Source of the DNA: Clostridia bacterium
GTDB taxonomy: Bacteria; Bacillota; Clostridia; Lachnospirales; Lachnospiraceae
Length of the DNA: 32,000 nt
NCBI GenBank assembly: GCA_910576205.1
Contig: CAJTHL010000006.1
Coordinates: 104,432-136,431 of the forward strand
Reading direction: 5' to 3'
The translations under genes and the position numbers were made by a program. This document shows, piece by piece, positions 1-8,351 of the stretch. Position 1 is the stretch's first letter, and each line of letters opens with the position of its first letter. A model generated the notes under the pieces. It was not told where the DNA came from. It worked only from the letters and a program-made list of their open reading frames with translations, and made no database searches.

Positions 1-39
1 CTGTTCCTTCGCGGATAAATATCTCTCTTCTACGTTCAT
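1..39 (-). CDS. rhaA: L-rhamnose isomerase, first 13 codons only (gene runs off the left edge)
   Basis: Minus-strand ATG at 37-39 preceded by an AAAGGGG RBS; reads MNVEERYLSAKEQ, resembling RhaA N-termini; lies directly downstream of rhaB. Too short for firm homology. Confidence 0.35.
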   Translation of the reverse strand, partial: MNVEERYLSAKEQ

Positions 40-122
40 GTTTTAATAACCCCTTTCTATTTTAAATCCTGCATCCGGCCAATGCCTCCCTGCCTGGGCA
101 GATGCTGTTTTCTGGTTCCGTT

Positions 123-1532
123 TTATGGTTCAAACTTTTTCATGGGGAAGGATTCAAACACACATTTGCGGGCCTCCTCCAGGCTGTCAAATTCTTTTCC
201 GGCCAGCATCTGCACCAGATGATTCCCTAGAGCCGTGGCCTCTCCGGGCCCTGCAAACACCGTCTTTCCTGTAGTCCTGGCTGTCAGCTCATTGAGATAA
301 TCCGCATTGGAGCCGCCGCCCACAATGTAAATCCCCTCATAATTCTTTCCGGTCATGCCTTCCAGCCCTTTTACAACCCTTCCATAGCATGCGGCAAGGC
401 TCTGGTAAATGACGGCCGCCAGCTCCCCGGGAGTCTCCGGCACTTTCTGTCCGGTTTCCCGGCAGGCTGCCTGGACTTCCCGAAGCATGCTTTCGGGAGC
501 CAGGAAACGGTTGTCGTCCACATCCACCCGGCTTGGGAATTCCCTGCACTCCTCCGCCAGAGAACACAGCTCCCCAAAGGAATACTCCCGCTGCTGATCC
601 AGCTCCTTCTTCAAAGACTGAATCATCCACAGGCCCATAATATTTTTCAGATAACGGAAGCGGTACTCATATCCGCCCTCGTTTGTAAAATTGGCCTCCA
701 TGCTTTCCCTGCTGCAATCCGCCTCCATGCGCTCCGTTCCCATCAACGACCAGGTGCCCGAGCTTATGTACAGAAACTCCTTTTGCAGGGCCGGAACTGC
801 CAGCACCGCAGAGCCCGTGTCATGAGTGGCCGGAAGAACCACCTGACAGTCAAATCCCACCTGGCTCTGAATCCCGGGGCTAAGGCTTCCAAGGCTTGTA
901 CCCGGAAGGGCAATTTCCGGAAAAATCTCCGCCGGATACCCCAGTTTTCCCATCAGCTCCCTGTCCCAGTCCTTTGTCTTTGGACTTACAAGCTGGGTAG
1001 TGGTGGCGTTTGTATACTCACAGCGCTTCTTTCCCGTCAGCAGGAAATGGAAATAATCCGGAATCATCAGAAAGCTCTTTGCCCTGTTCAAATCCTCCGG
1101 CTGCTGTTCCCGCACTGCCATCAGCTGGTATACCGTGTTGAAGATCAGCTTCTGGATGCCGGTCCTCCCGTACAGCTCGGCAAGGGGCACCGTCTCGTAG
1201 ACCTTTTCGTCCATACCGTTTGTCCGGTCGTCCCGGTATCCAACGGAATTTCCCAGAACCTGGTCGTTCTCATCCAGCAGCACAAAATCCACCGCCCAGG
1301 TGTCGATTCCCATAGTGACAGGAATTTTCCCCACCTCCCTGCACCGCTTCATGCCCTCCAGGATGGAAGCGAACAGCTTCCCGGTATTCCAGCAAAGAGT
1401 ACCATCTTTATTTTCCATGCCATTCTTAAACCGGTAAACCTCCTCCTGCACAAGCCTTCCGTCTTCCTTCCAGCCCAGGATATGGCGTCCGCCGGAAGCG
1501 CCAATGTCTATGGCCAGATGATATTGGTTCAT
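123..1532 (-). CDS. rhaB: Rhamnulokinase (FGGY carbohydrate kinase family)
   Basis: 469-aa ORF with AGGGAGGG RBS; motifs DIGASGGR, IDTWAVDFVLLD, ATHDTGSA and VGGGSNADYLN are typical of RhaB; followed by a rhaA-like start. Confidence 0.85.
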   Translation of the reverse strand: MNQYHLAIDIGASGGRHILGWKEDGRLVQEEVYRFKNGMENKDGTLCWNTGKLFASILEGMKRCREVGKIPVTMGIDTWAVDFVLLDENDQVLGNSVGYRDDRTNGMDEKVYETVPLAELYGRTGIQKLIFNTVYQLMAVREQQPEDLNRAKSFLMIPDYFHFLLTGKKRCEYTNATTTQLVSPKTKDWDRELMGKLGYPAEIFPEIALPGTSLGSLSPGIQSQVGFDCQVVLPATHDTGSAVLAVPALQKEFLYISSGTWSLMGTERMEADCSRESMEANFTNEGGYEYRFRYLKNIMGLWMIQSLKKELDQQREYSFGELCSLAEECREFPSRVDVDDNRFLAPESMLREVQAACRETGQKVPETPGELAAVIYQSLAACYGRVVKGLEGMTGKNYEGIYIVGGGSNADYLNELTARTTGKTVFAGPGEATALGNHLVQMLAGKEFDSLEEARKCVFESFPMKKFEP

Positions 1533-1590
1533 ATTGATTTCCCTCCCTTTATTTTCAGAATTTTCATGGGTTCCCTAGTTTATATCTGTC

Positions 1591-1599
1591 ATTATACCA
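1591..1599 (-). promoter_or_regulatory. Extended -10 (TGgTATAAT) of the rhaB promoter; poor -35, compatible with AraC-type activation
   Basis: Minus strand reads TGGTATAAT about 60 nt upstream of the rhaB ATG; no TTGACA-like hexamer at 17 bp spacing. Confidence 0.35.
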
Positions 1600-1607
1600 A
1601 CGGAAAG

Positions 1608-1650
1608 ACAAAAAAATAAGGTCGCTATTTTTTAAAAACAACGTCCTTAT
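1608..1650 (-). terminator. Rho-independent terminator after the AraC-family gene
   Basis: Arms 1616-1624 (ATAAGGTCG) and 1642-1650 (CGTCCTTAT) pair at 8 of 9 positions; on the minus strand the stem is followed by a U7 run (plus-strand A-run 1609-1616). Confidence 0.5.
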
Positions 1651-1665
1651 TTTCCATCTATACGG

Positions 1666-2631
1666 TTATCTTTCTTTCAAGCGGTATTCCCTTGGCGTCA
1701 TGTCGTAACGCTCCAGAAACACCCGGTAAAAATAACTGGAATTGTCATAGCCCACAGCCGCGATAATATCGGACACAGTAAGCTCTGTGGTGGCCAGGAG
1801 AAACGCCGCCTGGTTCAGACGCTTAGTCTGAAGCAGCTCCTTGAACGTGTGTCCTGTATGCCGTTTGATAAACTTGCTCATCTGGGACGGACTCTGGTGC
1901 AGCTCCCCGCAGAGCTCCTCCAGCGCAGCCGTCCGGTAATGGCTCTCTATATAAGCCAGCGTCCGGGCTACCCGCTCCTGGTCAAACTGGTTCTGATTTC
2001 CGTAGCGTATCTTATCGCTTGTATTCATAAGATGCAGAAACAGAAGCCCCATGGTAATCTGGTTGATATTCCGGTTGTATTCCTGCTTGTACAATAGGGA
2101 CCAGATCATATTTTCCAGCAGATTCTGCACCGGAAGCACATCGCTGACCTGGAAATACAGATACACCGACTTGTCGCTCTTCCTGGTAAGGATATCCACC
2201 AGAAAATCCCTGAGAAGGCTTTCGTCCTCCATCATGTGAAAGGCAGTGTCAAAAAATTCCGGCAAAACAATAAAGTTTACCGCCAGATCCCGTTCTCCGG
2301 CGGGCAGAATCTCATGAACCGCGTTCTGATTCAGAAACAGCAGATCCCCCTGGCAGAGCGCCACCTTTTCCCGTCCATCCAGGATATGGGTCGTGGTTCC
2401 CCGGTACATGTACACGATTTCCACATAGTTATGGCGGTGTTTGGGAAAATGTACAAATCTTGTATGATGCCTTATGTCAATTAGCTTTCCCCTCTTTAAG
2501 AGCTTGTTGCTGTCCACCACAAACTCCTGTCCGCTTGTATATATCTGCTGCTGCACCTGCGTGTTTCCGTCCAGGATTGCCTGTTCTTCTTCCGAAACCC
2601 TGCTTAAAAGCTCCTGCAGCCTTACATCCAT
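1666..2631 (-). CDS. AraC-family transcriptional regulator (cupin sensor plus double HTH), RhaR/RhaS-like by context
   Basis: 321-aa ORF; N-terminal cupin-like segment (FPKHRHNYVEIVYMYRG) and C-terminal AraC HTH (QMSKFIKRHTGHTFKELLQTKRLNQAAFLL ... GYDNSSYFYRVF); sits upstream of rhaB. Confidence 0.85.
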   Translation of the reverse strand: MDVRLQELLSRVSEEEQAILDGNTQVQQQIYTSGQEFVVDSNKLLKRGKLIDIRHHTRFVHFPKHRHNYVEIVYMYRGTTTHILDGREKVALCQGDLLFLNQNAVHEILPAGERDLAVNFIVLPEFFDTAFHMMEDESLLRDFLVDILTRKSDKSVYLYFQVSDVLPVQNLLENMIWSLLYKQEYNRNINQITMGLLFLHLMNTSDKIRYGNQNQFDQERVARTLAYIESHYRTAALEELCGELHQSPSQMSKFIKRHTGHTFKELLQTKRLNQAAFLLATTELTVSDIIAAVGYDNSSYFYRVFLERYDMTPREYRLKER

Positions 2632-2651
2632 TTCTCTTTTCCTCTACTCCA

Positions 2652-3380
2652 TCAGTTCCTTTCCACCAGCATGGAAATGCAGGCTGTATATACGCCGTTT
2701 TCCCACTGGGTCCAGAATTCGCCATTATAAATATCCGCGATTTCCCTCAATATTTCCTGTCCATATTTCTTTTTTCTTTTCTGTCTGTTCTGCTCTTCCT
2801 TCAAGGCGGAATTTTCAACCTTGACCAGAAAATAGTCCCCTTTTCCCGATGCCTTCACCTTGAGAAAACGATTGTTTTTTTCGCATTGCTGCGCCGCCAG
2901 AATCGCGTTGTCCAGCAGGTTGGAAAAAACACTGCACAGATGAACCGGCCGTATCCTGGGCTCTCCGGGCACTTCCAGCTCCACGTATATTGCAATATCT
3001 TTCTCCTGGCAGAGAGGCGCCTTCTCCATAAAAACCGCGTTAACTATAGAATTCTCGCAATATTTGAAGCTTCTGCTCTCTGTCACCTGGCTGTGTACGC
3101 CGTCCAGAAGCTCCTTTGACCGTGTACTCTCTCCCAGCTCCACCAGGCGGTAAGCCGTCACCAGCTGGTTGTTAAAATCGTGACGGATCCTGGCCAGTTT
3201 TTCCCGCTCCTCCTCCATGCTGGAAACCTGAAGCCTCTCCGCCCGCATAAGGATTTCCTCTTCCTGGGCACGTCTGACTGCCCTCTGGCGTTCCCTATCA
3301 TGCATTATCTTATGTCGCGTAATTGAGTCTACTGCAATTCCAAGTACAAAAAAACCACTTGCAATCATCCAGTTAAACAT
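2652..3380 (-). CDS. Minimal membrane-anchored GHKL sensor histidine kinase (partner of the LytTR regulator)
   Basis: 242-aa ORF; one N-terminal TM helix (MFNWMIASGFFVLGIAVD), coiled-coil, H-box IRHDFNNQL, N-box FSNLLDNAI; no extracytoplasmic domain. Confidence 0.75.
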   Translation of the reverse strand: MFNWMIASGFFVLGIAVDSITRHKIMHDRERQRAVRRAQEEEILMRAERLQVSSMEEEREKLARIRHDFNNQLVTAYRLVELGESTRSKELLDGVHSQVTESRSFKYCENSIVNAVFMEKAPLCQEKDIAIYVELEVPGEPRIRPVHLCSVFSNLLDNAILAAQQCEKNNRFLKVKASGKGDYFLVKVENSALKEEQNRQKRKKKYGQEILREIADIYNGEFWTQWENGVYTACISMLVERN

Positions 3381-3429
3381 GGGGGTTCCTCCTCCACAGC
3401 ACCCAACTCACTTTTTTCCTGTATTTCCT

Positions 3430-4140
3430 TTAAAGTCTCTCTCCCGCATACCGGAAATACGCTTCCCGTGCCCGGGAATATCTGGATTTGCTAATAGGCA
3501 CTTCCGCCTTATTTGTCAGAATCATACGATTTTTCTCTATTCTCCGCACATTGTCCAGATTCACCAGGTAGCTTTTGTGACATTGCAAAAAACATGCAGG
3601 CAGACGCTCTTTGATGCTTTCCAGCCTGTCATAGCACAATATAGGCTCCCTTGCCGTATGAATCATCACCTGATGGCCCCGGCTCTCCAGATAATAAATC
3701 TTTCGTATGGGAACCGCATGGATCACGCCCCTCTGCTGTATGGTGAGTTTCTCTTCCTCCCACTCCTGCACAGTCTGCCAGGCCTTTTCTATTAACTGGG
3801 CCAGCAGATCTTCCTGCACAGGCTTAACCAGATACCCACAGATATTCCCCGGCTTCAAAAAAATCTGCTGTGCAAACTTGTCCCCATATCCCGTTACATA
3901 AATAATCTGTGTGTTCGGGCTGACCTGCACCAGCTCGGCTGCAAAATCAATCCCGTTCTTTGGAAGATTCCACTCAATATCCATAAGAATCAAGTCGAAA
4001 TTCTCCCCTTCCTCTATGGCCTCCCATATTTCATCCAGAGACAGAAACTCGTGAATCTGGTTTACCCGCTCGTTGGACTCCACCAGAGCACGGATTGACT
4101 CCAACACCTTTTTTTCATTATCACAAATCGCAATACGCAT
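3430..4140 (-). CDS. LytTR-family response regulator
   Basis: 236-aa ORF; receiver domain (MRIAICDNE ... DLILMDIEW) and C-terminal LytTR domain (IYYLESRGHQV ... CHKSYLVNLDNV); GGAGGAGG RBS. Confidence 0.9.
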   Translation of the reverse strand: MRIAICDNEKKVLESIRALVESNERVNQIHEFLSLDEIWEAIEEGENFDLILMDIEWNLPKNGIDFAAELVQVSPNTQIIYVTGYGDKFAQQIFLKPGNICGYLVKPVQEDLLAQLIEKAWQTVQEWEEEKLTIQQRGVIHAVPIRKIYYLESRGHQVMIHTAREPILCYDRLESIKERLPACFLQCHKSYLVNLDNVRRIEKNRMILTNKAEVPISKSRYSRAREAYFRYAGERL

Positions 4141-4183
4141 ATGTCACCTCCTCCCCCAGAATTTTCCTTATGGTAGTACTCAT

Positions 4184-4212
4184 ATTGTACTACATGATAA
4201 AGGTTTCCACAA
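4184..4212 (-). promoter_or_regulatory. Candidate sigma-A promoter of the LytTR/HK pair (TTGTGG-17-TACAAT)
   Basis: Minus strand: -35 TTGTGG (plus 4207-4212), 17-bp spacer, -10 TACAAT (plus 4184-4189), about 45 nt upstream of the RR start. Confidence 0.4.
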
Positions 4213-4417
4213 TAGCAAATCGGTCGAAAACCATGTGTATTACGAGTTCCGAAGGAGGGAGAGAGTCTGGAATACTTTAAGCATAGCAAGGAACCCAAAA
4301 CACTTTCCAAAGCTCTGGCCTACGCGGTACAAGCAATACATCATGGTTGTCCGACCGATAATTATATTATATATGGAAATCTGGCCCAAAAATGGGAATC
4401 TCAAAATTAACCTCTTT

Positions 4418-4455
4418 AAAAGCAAAATTGGCTGTCGCCTTACGCAACAGCCAAT
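4418..4455 (-). terminator. Rho-independent terminator ending the ribosomal operon after rplQ
   Basis: Perfect 9-bp stem (4427-4435 ATTGGCTGT / 4447-4455 ACAGCCAAT), 11-nt loop, then UUUGCUUUU on the minus strand. Confidence 0.65.
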
Positions 4456-4469
4456 CCCTGTTCTCTTAC

Positions 4470-4994
4470 TTATACCAGCTCAAGCAGCACTTCCATTGCT
4501 GCGTCGCCTTTACGCTGACCGATCTTTACAATTCTGGTGTATCCACCGTTGCGGTTCACATACTTGGGAGCGATCTCGTCAAACATTTTCGCAACAAGAT
4601 CTACTTCTTTGGCTTTCTTCTTGCCCTCTTCTCTGGCCTTTACGGGATACAGCACTTTCAGCATCTGACGTCTTGCATGGAGACGGCTGGGCTGATCTTT
4701 CTTGATGGTTTTCTCCACCTCGTCGTACAGCGTTACTTTCTTGCCGTCCACGACTTCCTTTACCCTCTTGCCATCCTTGTCCTTGCGGGGAACCTTCGCG
4801 GTCACCGTCACAGTGTCAAAGTTATCCTTTTCCCTTACAGCCATGGCAATCAGACCTTCCGCAATCTTGCGTACTTCCTTGGCCTTTGCCTCTGTGGTGA
4901 CAATCTTTCCGTTAAATAACAGAGCTGTCACCTGGCCTCTCAGCAAGGCCTTTCTCTGATTGGAATTTCTGCTTAATTTCCTATACTTTGCCAT
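4470..4994 (-). CDS. rplQ: 50S ribosomal protein L17 (long form with Lys-rich insertion)
   Basis: 174-aa ORF; MAKYRKLSRNSNQRKALLR start and GGYTRIVK near the C-terminus; follows rpoA as in the canonical alpha operon. Confidence 0.95.
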   Translation of the reverse strand: MAKYRKLSRNSNQRKALLRGQVTALLFNGKIVTTEAKAKEVRKIAEGLIAMAVREKDNFDTVTVTAKVPRKDKDGKRVKEVVDGKKVTLYDEVEKTIKKDQPSRLHARRQMLKVLYPVKAREEGKKKAKEVDLVAKMFDEIAPKYVNRNGGYTRIVKIGQRKGDAAMEVLLELV

Positions 4995-5108
4995 TTTTCA
5001 TTTCCTCCATTTCCGGAACCATACCGCCATGCTTCTTCGGTCTTACTGGCAGCTGGCTGCTCCGGCGGGGCGCCGGGGCTTCCGTGTCTTGTTCATCCTG
5101 GCTTGCTT

Positions 5109-6068
5109 TTACTCGTCGCTGGGATTCAGCTGCAGACCAAGCTCTTTTAATTTTGCAAGCACCTCTTCCAGGGACTTGCGGCCCAGATTACGAACCTTCA
5201 TCATATCCTCGGAGGTACGGTTACAAAGCTCCTCCACGGTGTTGATGCCGGCTCTCTTAAGGCAGTTGTAGGAACGTACGGAAAGCTCCAGTTCGTCGAT
5301 GTTCATCTCCAGAACCTTCTCTTTCTCGTTATCCTCCTTCTCAATCATAATCTCCGCAGTCTTTGCATTCTCGGAGAGATCAATAAACAGGCACAGGTGC
5401 TCGCTGAGAACCTTTGCCGCCAGACTGACTGCCTCGTCCGGCTCCAGGGTGCCGTTTGTGTAGACATCCAGGGTCAGCTTATCGAAATCGGTAATCTGGC
5501 CCACACGGGTATCCTGAACAGTCAGATTTACCCGCTCTACAGGGGTATAGATGGAGTCCACGGCGATCACGCCTATGGGAAGGTCGTCGCTCTTGTTCTT
5601 GTCTGCGCTCACATAGCCTCTTCCCTTTGTGATGGTCAGCTCCATATACAGCTTGCTGTCCGCCCCGCCGTTCAGATGGGCCAGCACCAGATCGGGATTC
5701 AGAATTTCAATATCCGGATCTGCCTGGATATCCGCAGCCGTCACAACGCCTTCGCCCTCAAATTCAATGTAAGCAACCTTGGCCTCATTTGTATCACTGT
5801 TGTTCTTTATCGCCAGCTCCTTGATGTTCATGATGATTTCTGTCACATCTTCCTTTACACCGGGAATAGAGCTGAATTCATGAAGTACTCCTTCAATCTT
5901 CACCTGACTCACCGCTACACCTGGCAGGGAAGAAAGCATGATTCTTCTCAAGGAATTTCCGAGAGTTGTACCATATCCTCTTTCCAGAGGTTCTACCACA
6001 AATCTTCCATATTTTTTATCATTTGAAATCTCTGCGATTTCGATTTTTGGTTTATTAAAATCGAACAC
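5109..6068 (-). CDS. rpoA: DNA-directed RNA polymerase subunit alpha
   Basis: 319-aa ORF; [19 protein letters not shown]-terminal-domain signature and C-terminal-domain motif [15 protein letters not shown]. Confidence 0.97.
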   Translation of the reverse strand: MFDFNKPKIEIAEISNDKKYGRFVVEPLERGYGTTLGNSLRRIMLSSLPGVAVSQVKIEGVLHEFSSIPGVKEDVTEIIMNIKELAIKNNSDTNEAKVAYIEFEGEGVVTAADIQADPDIEILNPDLVLAHLNGGADSKLYMELTITKGRGYVSADKNKSDDLPIGVIAVDSIYTPVERVNLTVQDTRVGQITDFDKLTLDVYTNGTLEPDEAVSLAAKVLSEHLCLFIDLSENAKTAEIMIEKEDNEKEKVLEMNIDELELSVRSYNCLKRAGINTVEELCNRTSEDMMKVRNLGRKSLEEVLAKLKELGLQLNPSDE

Positions 6069-6117
6069 TATTAAGCCCCCTTCTTTTTTTGCTGGGTGTT
6101 ATTTCAGGCTACATGTT

Positions 6118-6711
6118 CTACTTAGAGTACAACTCGACGATAAGCATCTCATTTACCGGAACGTCAATCATCTCTCTGTTGGGACGCTCTTTTACGGTTC
6201 CCTTCAGAGCTTCCAGGTCAGAATCCAGCCACTCTGGAACCAGTCTTCCTCCGGTCGCCTCCACGATATCCTTATATCTCTGGAAGCCTCTGCATTTCTC
6301 CTTGATCTCAATCACATCTCCGGCCTTTACCTGGTAGGAGGGGATATTTACCTGCTTGCCGTTTACCAGCACATGCTTGTGGCCAACCACCTGTCTGGCC
6401 TCTTTTCTGGTTCTGGCCATACCAAGGCGGAAAACCACATTGTCCAGACGGCACTCCAGCATGGTCATCAGATTCTCACCTGTCATACCCTTCATTCTAT
6501 CCGCTTTCTTGTAGTAATTGCGGAAGGGCTTCTCCAGAACGCCGTAAATGAATTTGGCTTTCTGCTTCTCTCTCAGCTGCAGGCCATACTCGGATACTTT
6601 TCTATTTGCTCTTTTTAACTCTCTCTTTGACTTCTTGTCGATACCCAGTACGGTGGGCTCCAGGCCGAGGGAACGACATCTTTTCAGAACAGGAACTCGA
6701 TTCACTGCCAT
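6118..6711 (-). CDS. rpsD: 30S ribosomal protein S4
   Basis: 197-aa ORF; EYGLQLREKQK and the RLDNVVFRLG S4-domain signature. Confidence 0.97.
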   Translation of the reverse strand: MAVNRVPVLKRCRSLGLEPTVLGIDKKSKRELKRANRKVSEYGLQLREKQKAKFIYGVLEKPFRNYYKKADRMKGMTGENLMTMLECRLDNVVFRLGMARTRKEARQVVGHKHVLVNGKQVNIPSYQVKAGDVIEIKEKCRGFQRYKDIVEATGGRLVPEWLDSDLEALKGTVKERPNREMIDVPVNEMLIVELYSK

Positions 6712-6729
6712 TTCAACTGTACCTCCTAA

Positions 6730-7122
6730 TTAGACTCTTCTACGTTTTGGCGGGCGACATCCGTTATGGGGAACGGGAGTCACGTCTCTGATACTGGTTA
6801 CTTCCAGGCCGCAAGCCTGAAGGGCACGGATAGCTGCCTCACGGCCAGAACCAGGTCCCTTTACCATTACGTCTACAGTCTTTAGTCCATGTACTAACGC
6901 TGCTTTCGTGGCTGTCTCTGCCGCCATCTGAGCTGCATATGGAGTAGATTTCCTTGAACCTCTAAATCCCAGACCACCGGCACTTGCCCAGGATAATGCA
7001 TTTCCTTCCGTATCCGTTAAGGTTACGATTGTATTGTTAAAGGAAGACTGGATATGTGCCTGTCCGCGTTCAACGTTTTTCTTAACGCGCTTTTTTGTCA
7101 CTTTTTTTGTAACTTTCGCCAT
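6730..7122 (-). CDS. rpsK: 30S ribosomal protein S11
   Basis: 130-aa ORF; [15 protein letters not shown] ... [14 protein letters not shown] ... RPPKRRRV. Confidence 0.97.
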   Translation of the reverse strand: MAKVTKKVTKKRVKKNVERGQAHIQSSFNNTIVTLTDTEGNALSWASAGGLGFRGSRKSTPYAAQMAAETATKAALVHGLKTVDVMVKGPGSGREAAIRALQACGLEVTSIRDVTPVPHNGCRPPKRRRV

Positions 7123-7172
7123 TTTTAAACTAACCTACCTTTTTTCAACTTTAAGTTTTTTGCTGTTTGATT

Positions 7173-7224
7173 ACTTTCGCACTAACCTCAAGCTGCGCTT
7201 TCAGCTTGCTTTCGCTAAGTGCTC
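7173..7224. repeat. Copy 1 of a 52-bp direct repeat (hairpin-forming) in the rpsM-rpsK spacer
   Basis: ACTTTCGCACTAACCTCAAGCTGCGCTTTCAGCTTGCTTTCGCTAAGTGCTC, identical to 7292-7343; contains inverted arms CAAGCTG/CAGCTTG nested in GCACT/AGTGC. Confidence 0.9.
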
Positions 7225-7291
7225 TGCTTTCTTCCACTCAACTAACATGCTGCTGTCGCCTCCTGCTCCGCACCATGAAGTTTCGGGAAGG

Positions 7292-7343
7292 ACTTTCGCA
7301 CTAACCTCAAGCTGCGCTTTCAGCTTGCTTTCGCTAAGTGCTC
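7292..7343. repeat. Copy 2 of the 52-bp direct repeat in the rpsM-rpsK spacer
   Basis: Exact 52/52 match to 7173-7224, offset by 119 bp; begins 6 nt after the rpsM stop on the transcribed strand. Confidence 0.9.
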
Positions 7344-7348
7344 AATGT

Positions 7349-7717
7349 CTATTTCTTCTTGTTTGCCACTGTTCTCTTTGGTCCCTTGCGGGTTCTGGCA
7401 TTATTCTTTGTGTTCTGTCCGCGAACCGGGAGGCCCTTACGGTGACGGATACCTCTGTAGCATCCGATCTCCTGAAGTCTCTTGATGTTCATGGCAATCT
7501 CGCGTCTCAGATCACCCTCTACCTGATAGTGCTCCTCAATGATCTCACTGATTCTCTTTACTTCCTCATCCGTCAGATCTCTGACACGGGTATCGGGATT
7601 TACCTTTGCTGCTTCGAGAATCTTGTTGGCGCTGGAACGGCCGATACCGTACACATAAGTCAACCCGATCTCCACACGTTTTTCTCTTGGTAAGTCTACA
7701 CCAGAAATACGAGCCAT
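7349..7717 (-). CDS. rpsM: 30S ribosomal protein S13
   Basis: 122-aa ORF; [26 protein letters not shown] ... [15 protein letters not shown]; GGAGGA RBS. Confidence 0.97.
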   Translation of the reverse strand: MARISGVDLPREKRVEIGLTYVYGIGRSSANKILEAAKVNPDTRVRDLTDEEVKRISEIIEEHYQVEGDLRREIAMNIKRLQEIGCYRGIRHRKGLPVRGQNTKNNARTRKGPKRTVANKKK

Positions 7718-7751
7718 TTGATTATTCCTCCATTATTAAAACAAATTGGGC

Positions 7752-7775
7752 GCGGATGCTTTTTTGTCCATCCGC
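7752..7775 (-). other. Stem-loop in the rpsM leader
   Basis: 7-bp stem GCGGATG (7752-7758) / CATCCGC (7769-7775) with a 10-nt loop, about 35 nt upstream of the rpsM start; no contiguous U-run follows it on the minus strand. Confidence 0.4.
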
Positions 7776-8043
7776 CTGACACTTTCCTAAATGGGGCACG
7801 AAATATTCCAGAAACGTACCCAGCCAGGCAGGAACCTGGCCTTTCAATTACTCTGCGCTTTACGCATTTCACCGTTTTAAGCAATATCAGTGTGAATAAT
7901 CTTGGTTTTTATATATTTGTATCATCAAGCGCTCCTATTATATAGGAAGAAACGCCTCACCACACCGGAGAAGCCCTCCGTAAACGCTCAATGCAGCCGC
8001 ACAAAATAATACAATCCAAGAATAACACTGCAGTTTCAAGGAT

Positions 8044-8157
8044 TTAACCCTGTCTCTGTTTGTGCTTTGGATTTTCACAAATTACTCTGATACTACCTTT
8101 TCTTTTGATGATTTTGCATTTCTCGCAGATAGGTTTTACTGAAGAACGTACCTTCAT
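8044..8157 (-). CDS. rpmJ: 50S ribosomal protein L36 (absent from the supplied ORF track)
   Basis: Hand translation of the minus strand: [37 protein letters not shown] stop; AAAGGAGG RBS 8 nt upstream of the ATG at 8155-8157. Confidence 0.95.
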   Translation of the reverse strand: MKVRSSVKPICEKCKIIKRKGSIRVICENPKHKQRQG

Positions 8158-8209
8158 AGCAAAGCCTCCTTTCTCAATCATACAAAACTCCGCATTACAT
8201 GCGGATTAT

Positions 8210-8238
8210 AGTATACCACTAATTTCCTGCGAATGCAA
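8210..8238 (-). promoter_or_regulatory. Candidate sigma-A promoter for rpmJ-rpsM... (TTGCAT-17-TGgTATACT)
   Basis: Minus strand: -35 TTGCAT (plus 8233-8238), 17-bp spacer ending in TGG, -10 TATACT (plus 8210-8215). A 6-bp palindromic hairpin CCGCAT-gta-ATGCGG follows in the 5'UTR. Confidence 0.5.
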
Positions 8239-8286
8239 GCGGTTTTTCTTTGAATTTCCGGTTTTTCCGGCTTTCCGATTCCTGTC

Positions 8287-8316
8287 TTGAAATGACGGGT
8301 ATTCCCATGTTAGAAT
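8287..8316 (+). promoter_or_regulatory. Candidate sigma-A promoter for tag (TTGAAA-18-TGtTAGAAT)
   Basis: TTGAAA at 8287-8292, TGT then TAGAAT at 8311-8316, about 35 nt upstream of the tag ATG. Confidence 0.45.
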
Positions 8317-8351
8317 GACAGGGAAAAGCAATCCACATTAAGGAGGAAATC

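Noticed and set aside
783-1619. 278-aa plus-strand ORF, and similar long ORFs at 5397-6026, 5938-6618, 7034-7693, 8310-8936, 11355-12116, 14959-15702, 17904-18524, 19092-19766 and 19890-20930
   Set aside because: All lie antisense to genes with unambiguous family motifs (rhaB, rpoA, rpsD, rpsM, tag, ABC genes, URO-D, the LacI fusion). They have skewed low-complexity composition (Arg/Pro/His/Leu-rich) and no RBS. They are shadow ORFs of moderately GC-rich coding DNA.
2864-2874. GAAAACGATTG inside the histidine-kinase gene, identical to the core of operator-like site A
   Set aside because: It is only an 11-nt match, lies inside a coding region, lacks the flanking ATAT/CATAT ends and is far from any promoter. 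It is most likely coincidence.
4219-4362. An 8-bp inverted repeat ATCGGTCG/CGACCGAT about 125 bp apart upstream of the response-regulator gene
   Set aside because: A single 8-bp match in a 330-bp region is about what chance predicts. LytTR sites are usually direct repeats.
4240-4425. A small minus-strand ORF (61 aa, or a 34-aa internal start) upstream of the LytTR/HK pair as a possible AgrD-like autoinducer precursor
   Set aside because: It has no RBS before either ATG, it overlaps the rplQ terminator hairpin, and there is no AgrB-type processing gene nearby.
8255-8278. Three tandem TTTCCG(G/A) heptamers (8255, 8264, 8272) just upstream of the tag -35
   Set aside because: They are very short and pyrimidine-rich with irregular 9/8-bp spacing, and they match no factor-binding motif I recognise. 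Noted, but insufficient to call a regulatory site.
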